Source: Haliotis cracherodii
Taxonomy: Eukaryota
Length of the DNA stretch: 64,000 nucleotides
Reading direction: 5' to 3'
NCBI RefSeq assembly: GCF_022045235.1
Contig: NW_027266266.1
Location: 26,226,001-26,290,000 of the forward strand
Positions within the stretch are counted from its first letter, which is position 1. Every line of letters starts with the position of its first letter. Made by a program: the position numbers and the translations under genes. Under the pieces are notes generated by a model that saw only the letters and a list, made by a program, of their open reading frames with translations, was not told where the DNA came from and made no database searches. Shown one piece after another: positions 12,701 to 23,827 of this stretch.

Positions 12701-14690
12701 AGGTCGAGTGTTAACTTACTGAAGAGTGTATCAAGTGTTGTCTACAAGGACCGTTTTCTATTATTTTTGTTGCCATTTTATATATTTAAATATTTTTAAG
12801 ATCAGACTTATACAGAAGCCTACTTGTAGCTAGAGTTAGATGTTCTTTGGTTTGTCTTGATATGCATACATGTCCTATACAACTCACTTGTTTTCAACCT
12901 GACACAACTGAAAACATGGCTGGGATCCTCACCTGTGTAGAGTTGGAAGAAAACGAGTCAAGTTGTAACATCATGTCCAGTGATACTACGACAGTCTAGC
13001 AACATTTATGATGACAGTTTCACTACTGATATCGCCATTGTTGTGACTATCATACTGCTATCATGGGCATTAAATATGAACCTAACCTAAACTTATTCAT
13101 AAAATATAGTTTATACATAACACATAGAGTATGAAAACAAAATATCATTGCAATGTTCTAAATCATTTAACCATAAATATTTTGTCACATAAACCAAAAC
13201 ATTCAATAATTATCGCTGGTTGAAACAATGTTAATCTAAATGTGTAAGCTATGACATTTATTTGGGTGTCTAAGTATCAATAAAAAACAAACCTTGACCT
13301 CCGAATCCAACTATAAAAACATTACCCTCAAATAACATTTTCAACACCACTGAATTACTCTTGTTCTACCTGGCTTAGCTACCCAACTTTAGTCAGAACG
13401 TGGTACTGCTATCACATTGCCACTTTTCTGCTGCTGTTTGCCTCATATTTAGCTCATCTTCGTTTGTGAACACCATGAGCTCCTACGCACAAACAATTTC
13501 TTAATACATGACATCCAGAAAAAACCTCAGAGGTAGAACTTGAACACAACTTGGAAAGCAGTGCACACAGCTTTTTCACTTTTGCAGCTCTACCAGTGGG
13601 AGAAACTGCATTGTACAACACCATTTTGGGGTCTCCACAGGCGAAGTAACTCTCATCGTTACACCATCACCATCGATAAAGGCCAACAGGATTATCTCCC
13701 CTAAATTTCTAATACAAAGTTAAAAAAGTGACTACAACCATCAAAACATATGAAAAGTCTTCCGTTTTTTGCAATAGTTGTCTTCACTTTCACAGCCACT
13801 ACATGAAGGTCGAGTGTTAACTTACTGAAGAGTGTATCAAGTGTTGTCTACAAGGACCGTTTTTGATTATTGTTGTTGCTATTTTATATATTTAAATATT
13901 TTTAAGATCATACTTATACAGAAGCCTACTTGCAGCTAGAGTTAGATGCTCTTTGGCTTGTCTTGATATGCATACAAGTCCTATACAACTCACTTGTTTT
14001 CAACCTGACACAACTGAAAACATGGCTGGGATCCTCACTTGTGTAGAGTTGGAAGAAAACGAGTCAAGTTGTAACATCATGTCCAGTGATACGACAGTCT
14101 CACGACATTTATGACGACAGTTTTACGACTGATATCGCCATTGTTGTGACTATCATACTGCTATCATGGGCATTAAATATGAACCTAACCTAAACTTAGT
14201 CATAAAATATAGTTTATACATAACACATAGAGTATGAAAACAAAATATCATGCAATGTTCTAAATCATTTAACCATAAATATTTTGTCACATAAACCAAA
14301 ACATTCAATAATTATCGCTAGTTGAAACAATGTTAATCTAAATGTGTAAGCTATGACATTTATTTGGGTGTCTAAGTATCAATAAAAAACAAACCTTGAC
14401 CTCCGAATCCAACTATAAAAACATTACCCTCAAATAACATTTTCAACACCACTGAATTTCTCTTGTTCTACCTGGCTTAGCTACCCAACTTTAGTCAGAA
14501 CGTGGTACTGCTATCACATTGCCACTTTTCTGCTGCTGTTTGCCTCATATTTAGCTCATCTTCGTTTGTGAACACCATGAGCTCCTACGCTCAAACAAGT
14601 TCTTTTACATGACATCCAGAAAAACCTCAGAGGCAGAACTTGAACACAACTTTGAAGACAGGGCACACAGCTTTGCAGCTCTGCCAGTGG
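9800..14690 (+). pseudogene. Tandem 0.8-1.2 kb units carrying decayed promoter and exon 1 of the orphan gene
   Basis: Marker aaggtcgagtgttaactta at about 10707/11492/12701/13807. Exon-1 relics ATGAGCTCCTACGC(T/A)CAA at 12242, 13475 and 14578, and a variant at 9943; all lack the GT donor. Confidence 0.75.
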
Positions 14691-15830
14691 GAGAAAGGCT
14701 ATCCAGTCTCCATCAGGGATGCCATGTCAATCATTCCTGCAATGAAACCAACACATTGTGCTACACTTGATCTTATCGGGGATGTGTACATGATAGCCTC
14801 ACACGTGGATTCAGCAAGGCTGATCCAATAGTTGATATCTTTGATCAGTATAACCATAAAGATTCCATGAAAGAAATTGAATGATCTTGAAGAGGGAACA
14901 AAAGAATATCACATAACACCTGGTACACAAATTCCACACTGGAGTAAATTATTTAATGCTTCTGCAAACAAGTAGTTTTTTGTGTGGAAAGATGGAAATT
15001 CTACTCCCAAATAGAATCCAATCAAACCAGAAAATCATTCCAGCTGGTGAATTTGAAGATGGTTCAGAAACTACGGTCATCACATGGAGATAGAAGTCAT
15101 CAGGTGGAGGAGTTGAGTTGTTCTCAGGAAGAGGCAGATACTTGTATGTTGCTTCATGCCATGTACAGTTATGTGGAACTTGTATAGAGGCATCATGGGT
15201 CGGTTGTTATCAAGTCTCCAGATATTGATGTTTTGGTCTTATGTATAACAGGACCATGTAACTAATAATAATAACAAACAAACTCTCAGGCGAGACCTGT
15301 GCGAGTTTGTTTATTATTATTAATAGTTACATGGTCCTGTGTATTTATTCACTATTTTCCACAAATAATCCATGTGAATCAGGCATTAGGAAATACAGAC
15401 AAGCTTCGATTTATGCCAGTTCACGAAGTTCCTGATTCACTCTCAAATCCACTTTGTACGACTCTACAGGCAACTTCAGCATTCATCAAAAGGCTACCAT
15501 TGCAAAAGACAAGATGCTTCCTTCTCTTGCCACTATTCTGGGAGGTGATGATGTTGACAATGATGTTGCTTCTTCTAGAAAACAAGTGTCCATGCTCTAT
15601 GATTCTAAAAAGAAATAAAAAGAGGATAATTAAGTTGCAAGACCTTGTTAGGATAGCTTCAGACAACATTTGAAGTGTGCCATGTGACAGACGAGGATTT
15701 GGACCCCTTCTCGTTATCCCAAAAGAGAACTTCGTAAACCAGAGAATTTTGGTTGGAAAATGCAAAACACTGAAATTATTCCTGAACTGTATGAAGGTCA
15801 CTTGGCCTCAAAAGTACTAAACTCTTTGTT
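14690..15830 (+). mobile_element. Decayed Academ-like DNA transposon fragment (XPG/PIN-like domain)
   Basis: LSCSQEEADTCMLLHA followed by IKSPDIDVLVL, the EAD...D-x-D pattern typical of these elements; frameshifted. Confidence 0.55.
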
Positions 15831-17009
15831 TTGTTTGTTTATTTGTTTGTTGTCTAACAAAGCACTCAGCAATATCACTGCTATAATTGAGTCAGGACCA
15901 GACAATCCAGTGATTGACATCATGAGCAGCGATTCACGCAATTGAGATACGATGACATGCATCAACCAAGTCAGCGAGGCTGACCATCCGATCCCATTAG
16001 TCGCCTAAAGCAAGGTTGCAGAAGACCTAATCTAGCTAACCCGGATCTTCAAGGCCATCACGGATGGTATAATAACAAAAACATGTGGAGTTATGTACTT
16101 TTTCAAGATGCATAGCAAGACACAAGACCCTTTCAAGGAGTTTCAATTACACTATTACTGCTAATTAATATTATGTTTGTTAGGTTCAGGAAACAAATTG
16201 GAAAAACATATAGGGATATGGAATCTCAGTGGTACTTTATGGAAAACCGTCCATCAAAACTCTTCCACATGAGGCATAATCTTTTCAGCATACTCTGAGC
16301 TTCCCTGTGATACACTGAAGGTAAACCTCTTATGGATATCAACTATTTAAATATTTTAAAACCAATTTCCTCCCCTAAAACATGTTGTTTCAATAACCGC
16401 GTTGTTGATTGTCGATGGAATGCTGTCAGGAAGGATTAACTGGAGTATGTAACATTACGGATACATATGGGATTTATTACTATTGTTTGAAACCACAAAA
16501 GTTCAGAACCTTGAAAATAATCATAAGTACGGGCCCTATTTGTTCACCTTAAGTCACAACCACCAATGCGTTAAATTTCGTAAACCACGTGGCCGCGTCT
16601 TCGGGTGGACGTCCGTGAAATACATCTGATTAAACGTTTGGGTGGTCATATTGGCAGCAAAAGTGCAACTGGAACCGAAGTCATTTCTGCCATTTGTGGC
16701 GTTTGTGCCACGTGCCCGTAATTGGGCGCTAATTATCGCCAATATCATGAAACGAATCAATACAAGCTTCTTCGTTAGACACCATCTAAAGTTTTCCCAA
16801 GGGAGGTAACTCTTATCGGTACACCATCATCATCGGTTAAGGCCAACGGAATTATCTCCCCTAAATTACTAATCCATATGATGAAATACGATTCTAACCA
16901 CCACAGCAAAGTTACATCAATTATAACTATAAACTTCTCGCAACATTACTCAAACAGTAACAGGCTCTTTACTTGTTTGGTGCGTACACAAATGGCACTA
17001 TAGCTTCAT

Positions 17010-18120
17010 AAACTACGGACAAAAAATTAGGGAACTGATGAATTTATAGTGAAGGTGTAATGAAGATAAAAATTTTCGGGCGTGTGTATATCAATATCTG
17101 GTGTGTCCACCATGTTGGGCGATACATGCGCGACAGCTGATGACATATTGTTGATTATCTTGCGTGTGGTTACCCTTGGTACTGTCTGCCATTCCGCCTT
17201 AAAAGCCACCCCAAACTGGGCCACGTTGGGGGTGCTGGATCTCTGGCTTACCCTCCCACAGATGCTGTAATTGGGGGTTGTCAGGGACATTCGTGGACCA
17301 GTCCAATGTCCACACGCCCTCTCGTCGGCGATAATCGTTGACGACCTAGACACGATGTGATCTGGCACTATCATTTTTGAAGTTCAAAATTTCTGTCAAT
17401 AATTCTAGCAAATGGAACAATGACAGGACGCAATATGTCGTCAATATATCGCTGGCCAGTCAAATGTCCATTTACAATAACCAGATCAGTTCGCCTGTCA
17501 TGTGTGATACCGCCCCACACCCTGACACTTCCGTCCTCATAACGATCATGGGTTGCCCTGACATACCGCCCGCCGCTACGTCACCAAAAACGCCGTCTGT
17601 GAATCGGGAGTAACACCTTGAATCGTCAGTAAGAGGTGTAATTAAACTGCGACATTGGCTAATCCCCTTCTGAACTAATAAATTGTGCACAGCCCGTTCC
17701 TGGTGTTACCTAGCCCACCCCAATCTTTGCCGCCTATGGTTAGCTGATAGGGTTTATCCGGCTTTTAACGGTAGATGTTGAAATTCGCCTTCCTGTTATT
17801 GTACGGAATTCTCTGTTGATAACAGGAGTAGATTTGAATCTATTGCGTAGTGCAATTAATGTAATGAGATGATATTACCTAGGACTAAAGTGTGGTGTTT
17901 TAGACCTTCCACGCCCAGGTCTCATTGCAACCCCATCCGTTTGATGGTACTTGTCTCAAAGTTGAGAAATGACACTTTTTGATTTGCCAAAACATTCGGG
18001 CGACTTGTGATATTGACGTCCCAACAAATCGCCATAAACGTGTCGGAATGTTTGTATTGGCTTCTGTGTGTACGTGCACCACGTGCCGTTCATGCAGTTT
18101 GAAATTTCATTGTAATTAGA
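17010..18120 (-). mobile_element. Tc1-like transposon relic (pseudo-transposase)
   Basis: N-terminal S.SQVARMF...RPGRGR, TDDSR (FSDESR-like), and C-terminal AEWQTVP...IINNM and CRACIAQHGGHTRY*. TIR-like actacggacaaaaaattaggg at about 17012. Confidence 0.8.
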
Positions 18121-19121
18121 TGTCGGTTCTGATGCAATGCCACAGTATTGTAAATGTACCCCTCAACGAAAGCTACCTTCCAATAATGTATTCCTTTATC
18201 CCTACACTGTAGGTGGTATATATATCGATGTGTGAAATTTGTGAATAGTCTTACATTTTTTTGCCAGGGAAGCGGTTAAACTAAAAAAATGAATATTACT
18301 GAATAGCAAAAGGCACAGATTCAGCATGTGCCTGGTGACTATACAAACTTTACCAAAATGTCACTGATTACGAAGACGTTAAACGAGAGATGTTTCGGAA
18401 AACAACCCTACCTTGAACAAAGTATTTTTGCCTTGGCTTTGGAAATGAAAAAATACACTTTCCCGCATTGTTTGCCTTATCAAGGCAGCATATATATGGG
18501 ACTATAAATCTTCGAATAAGCATAGTGCTAGCAATTATTTGGGTAGGTGACCATTACTGTCATTTAACCAGTTCACTTCACCTTCACCTTTTTTGTTTTG
18601 TTTTGTTTGTTGTTTAACGCCGCACTCAGCAATATGCCAGCTATATGACTGCGGTCTGTAAATAATCGAGTCAGGACCAGACAATCTAGTGATTGACACC
18701 ATGAGCATCGATCCACGCAATCGGGATACGATGACATGCATCAACCAAGTCAGCGAGCCTGACCACCCGATCCCGTTAGTCGCCTCTTACGACAAGCATA
18801 GTCGCCTTTTACGGCAAGTATGGGTTGCTGAAGACGTAGTCTACCCTGGATCTTCACTTTCACTTCAACGGCCTCTCATATAATAGGCCTATAATGAATT
18901 TTGAGAGTTAAATTACTTACTGAAGAGTGTATCCAGTGTAGTCCACAAAACGTTTTTTGACATCATACTTATACTGAAGCCTACTTGCGGCTAGATTTTG
19001 ATGCTCTGTGTTACCACTATCGTCTTGTCTGATATGCATACATATAATATAGGCCTACAACATTCGTTGGTTTTCAACTACCTGGGATCCTGTTATGCGC
19101 AGAGCAGGGGAAAAACAGTCC

Positions 19122-19200
19122 GTCACGTGATATTATGACAGTCTCGCGAGATTTATGACGTCACCATGACGACAGTTTCACTACTGATATCGCCATTGTG
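19122..19200 (+). promoter_or_regulatory. Putative core promoter of orphan copy B (GTCACGTGA, TCTCGCGAGA, TGACGTCA, CGCCATT)
   Basis: Same motif order and spacing as copy A. Confidence 0.6.
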
Positions 19201-19280
19201 ATTATCATACTGCTACTATATCCTGCTTCGTTGCTGCTGCTCTTTGCCTCGTATTTTTCACAACTTCGTCTGGAAACACT

Positions 19281-22200
19281 ATGAGTTCCTACACTCAAGG
19301 TATGCCATCACTTCTGAATTAGTTATCTTGTCTTTACTTCTTTCTTTTATGACTTATTCAGTGTTAGAAATTGGCACTAGTCCTATAGTCCTTGTCAAAC
19401 TGCCCAATAGTATCATATGGACTAGTAGAAATTTGCCATTTTAAGGGTTTTGCGATATGTTATCATGATAAGGACTAGAGGACTAAAATGTTAGTTTTTG
19501 CCACTGTTATTTACTTGCTGAATCTGAAGTAGATCTCGCCTATGAAAAAGAGGAAACTTTCAGAACATACTGCCGGCTTGTGCCTTTGTCCTATGTTGAG
19601 ATCCGTTTCACGTTAGTAAGATCGCCTTTTCAGTCTCCTCTGTTAATAAACAACACATTCATATTTTGTTTGATTTATCTTTTCAATTTGAAATACTTTT
19701 AGATCTAGATCTAATCATATGATGTCACTTTGGTCTGTTAGTAATGATGGTCTAAGGACAGTTAGGGTAATAATGTTTTCGGCGATGAATGGTGCAGTGG
19801 TTCTTGATTACTATCGGAATTAAATTTCTGAATCACTAATTAACTCTTAGTAATTCGTATTCCTGTCCAAAATGTAGGATATTTGGCTCTTAATCTTATT
19901 AGCCCTAACAGTTACTTCACTTGGGCATTTTTAGGTTACGACAGTACAATTTGCCATCTTTTTGTAAAAGTGAGGATTTTGTATGTTCTTAGATAACAGG
20001 CAAGTTGTCAGTAGTTGCCCAATATCAAGGTACTTTAGACCATATTATGATGGTTGTGAATACTTCTGTCAACAACACCAATTTTATTATTATAGTAACA
20101 CCGCGATAGAAACTAACAGTTTCAGTCCACTAGTCCTCATGATCATAACATACAGCAAAACTCTTAAAAAGGGCAAGTTTCTACTAGTCCCTATGATACC
20201 TTAACTGTTGGGCAGATTTGGCAAGGAATATAGGACACATCTTCAAATGAACAAACTTACCTAACTTAGGGTTCCAACCAACCTGTTGACCCCTGATGAT
20301 CGGGGCAGAGAATAGGTCTTCAGCAATCCATGTTTGCAGTAACTGGCGACTATGCTTGTCGTACAGGCTAGCCGACTTGGTTGATGCATGTCATCGTATC
20401 ATCATTGTATAGATCCATGCTCATGATGGCAATAACTGGATTGTCTGGTCCAGATTCGATTATTTACAGACCGCCGTCATATAGCTGGAATATTGCTGAG
20501 TGTGGTGTTAAACAACAAACAAACCATACAGTGGGTATCCATTATGAGTTGCCTTTCAATGTTATCATGAAAGTACTGAAACTGTTGTCTTCTAACTATA
20601 CTTCTTCATATGTTAGGAGTAACATAAAGATGAAAAAAACGCTCCTCTGTCCAGTATATGCATGTCCAGCGTTAGAAATTTGTGGTCCTGTAGTCCTTGA
20701 CAAAGTGTCCAATAGTTAAGGTATCATAAGGACTAGATCTATTAGAAATATGCCATTTTTGAGTCTTGCTATATGTTATCATTATAAGGACTAGTGGTCT
20801 GGAAATGTTAGTTTCTACCGCTGGTGTCCTTGTCTTAGTAAGGGAGTGACCATCATGTATAAATAGATCAGGAACATCTCCAACAACTGTTGCAACAAAG
20901 TTTAATCTCAACAGTGATGTTAGCATGATGCTTTCAGGCAGCAGTAGAAACTAACAGTTTTAGTCCACTAGTCCTTATAATGGTAACATTTAGCAAAACC
21001 TTCAGAAAGGGCAAATGTTTACATGTCCTTGTGATATCTTAACTATTGGGCAGTTTGGCAAGGACTACAGGACTCAATGTTTAGTACCAATTTCTAACGC
21101 TGCTTTTAGAGAGCCTCGCTGTCTAGGTTGAAGGCGCTAACATGACACTGGGAGACTCAATGAATATCAGAACAAAATCACTAAAGTTGACATGTTTCTG
21201 CATGTCGTATTCTGAAAATGTACACATTATGGCCATTTGGAAAGTGTACTCACCAAGAAAAAAACCAAAACAATTTTTGTGAGAATTTACTCCAGCACTG
21301 ACCTTCAGGTTCTTGTCCTTTTTAAATGAATATATACATTTCTGCTTTCAGTCAAACCTTTAGTAAACAATTCCTTCATATAGTTATGTTATCACATGTC
21401 TTAAATAATTCTCTTGCAACTCTAAATACCCCAAAGAATACCATACGTATTGTCTACCAAAGGTTGTGTAATTTTATTCTACCTCATCAGTGACCTGTAA
21501 CCTGTCTCTACCACGACCTGGATATCCTACTTTTCAAACCTGCACTTAAGTGTTAAGACTTAATCCACTGATGTGATCTGATGTGATCATCGCCCTCCAC
21601 GTTTTAGAGTAATATATTATTTGACTATGATGACAAAGGATCAACAGAACGTGTGAATGTTTTTAAAACTCGGTTATATACTGTTCAGTTGCTCCTGTCT
21701 TTCTGACTCTCATTCCTTCTTACTCGACAGCTCTTGACCTCGTGATCAGGTTCCCCTTGAACTTTGACATCTGGGCCCCTCCTCGTCAAGTGGGTGTCTT
21801 TGGAATCAGTAATTCTCTAGAGTTAATACATATATATTCAGTAATAACCACACACAGTCAAACACCGTTGTGTTTTCTCGAAGTAAAAACTTGGCCCCTA
21901 CACATTTCTTCGTTATTCATCATTTTCCGGTTGTATTGAACCTCTCGAGGTATTTACACATGTCCCTTGAACTTCGACACAGCAGTGTTTGACTGTACCT
22001 TAATAAATCACCCTTACGCTCTCTTAAGATCATGGATATCCCTTCATAAATTTCCAGCATCTACTCTCATCTTTCTCTACTTTCATCTTCTGTCACTCTC
22101 TACATGTCCTTCTCTTCCTCCCTGTCAGCATCGTCCTGGGAGATACATGACCATCCTTGACCCCCTGTCTGAGCTGCCCACCCCTCCCACCTCTCTCCCT

Positions 22201-22356
22201 GCCCCTCTCTCTACCCCCGTCCTCCGTGATGCCCCTATCTTCGTCGATATCAACCTCGATGATGACGACACCCCGACCCAGTCCCCAGTTCGAGTCATCC
22301 TGTCACGTGTGTCTGGATTCTTGAGGAGAGTGTTCCGTGTTAAGATGGACGCTTAG
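19281..22356 (+). CDS. Orphan 3-exon gene, copy B (101 aa; join 19281-19299, 21731-21789, 22129-22356)
   Basis: Same exon sizes (19/59/228) and splice sites as copy A. MSSYTQALDLVIRFPLNFDIWAPPRQHRPGRYMTILDPLSELPTPPTSLPAPLSTPVLRDAPIFVDINLDDDDTPTQSPVRVILSRVSGFLRRVFRVKMDA*. No indels, several synonymous changes, TAA/TAG stop swap. Confidence 0.8.
20667..21102. mobile_element. Fold-back MITE with ~150-bp TIRs (CAGCGTTAGAAATT termini); further arms at 19359-19505 and 20100-20240
   Basis: Terminal inverted repeats read directly from the sequence. Confidence 0.75.
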
Positions 22357-23796
22357 AGTGACATCTTGCTCCCTCTTGGACGCTGTGTCATATAATAATT
22401 AATCACCTTAAATCATAAATACAAGATATATCATGCTTTTGGCATTTTTGGACCTTTCGGACGTTGTTCTAGTTTTCGGACCTTTCGGACAATTGTACTT
22501 TTGGACTTTTTAAAAATGTACCATCTTTGTATTATAGAATATTTTGATTCACACATTTTGGCTCTTTCGGACAAGGTTTTTAATTGAGTTTTACTTGATT
22601 AGCAATCAGTATTAACTATTAAAGAGTGTCTTGATTTCTAGCTCCTTTGTTTTTATCTTTTGTTATATAACACACTTCTTCAAAACCAATCAAGCAACGC
22701 ATTGTATGTGCAGCATATGGTTTATTATATCCTCCTTGATTCATTCGACTCGTCACAACAAATAGTTATGGATTCTGAATGATTTCTTTGCATCTCTCTC
22801 AACATATTTGATATAAAGAGCAAGCCAAGCTTTCACAATACAATCACCTATCCTATAACATAGACTTGAAATACTGACCCATGAAGATCCAGAGTAGAAT
22901 AGGTCTTCAGCAACCCTTGCTTTCCGTAAAAGGTGACTATGCTTGTCGCAAGAGGCGACTAACGGGATCGGGTGGTCAGGCTCGCGGACTTTGTTGATGC
23001 ATGCTATCGATCCCGATTGCGTGGATCGATGCTCATGATGTCAATCACTGTATTGTCTGGTCCAGACTTGATTATTTACAGCCGTCATATAGCTGGAATA
23101 TTGCTGCGGCGTTAAACAACAAACAAACAAACTTAAAATACTTGTACTACTAGGATCAATTTGTTCTTCTAAGATATAATCTCTGGAGATTAACTCCCCT
23201 AAGACATGCTCAAATTTAATCCTAGATTAGTTCTGTCATAGTACTGCTGAACAAAGGGTTTGGCTAATAGAAACAACAATCAAGGCTCAGCGACCCTTCC
23301 TATGAAGCTTCATTTTCATGTTTCATATCCGAGTGAGTGAGCCAGTTTGGTTTCACAGCTTTAAGAAGTATTTCAGTCAGTGGGGTGGAGACTAGATGGA
23401 TATTTCCAATGGTGTCTACCCCTTGTCCTATACAAACTAGGACACTGTCTACCAGAAATTAAGCAGAGGCGCCATCATTATCTAGGGACCAGTTAGTGAG
23501 TGGTATCTCTACATTTTTAGAAATATTCTGGCCATGTCAGCACGAAGGAGACCAAGATACTGGCCGATACTGTAGTCTCTCTTTGAATATGCACAAGTGT
23601 GTAATATTCCAGCTATATCAAAGCAGTCTGTTAATATCCTAGACAAGGTAAACCAGTGGTTGACTGCATGAACACGGTGGAAGGGGAATTTATTCTGCCC
23701 CTCAATTTCCAAACTGGCTTCCCAGTTACAATTTACGCTATTCCATTTGAGACCAGTTTTATCAACACCAGAACATTCAATTTTACGTTAAAACGA

Positions 23797-23827
23797 TATT
23801 ATTATTATTATCATTATTATTATTATA
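23797..23827. repeat. (TAT)n microsatellite at the start of a ~500-bp insertion that is also partly present at about 33290-33500
   Basis: Direct inspection. Shared cacttatccaggta...caaatgcggtt block. Confidence 0.8.

Noticed and set aside
16560-16790. Possible gypsy gag remnant (VFHGRPPEDAATWFTKF, minus strand)
   Set aside because: One short motif with stops nearby and no LTR or pol; too weak to call.
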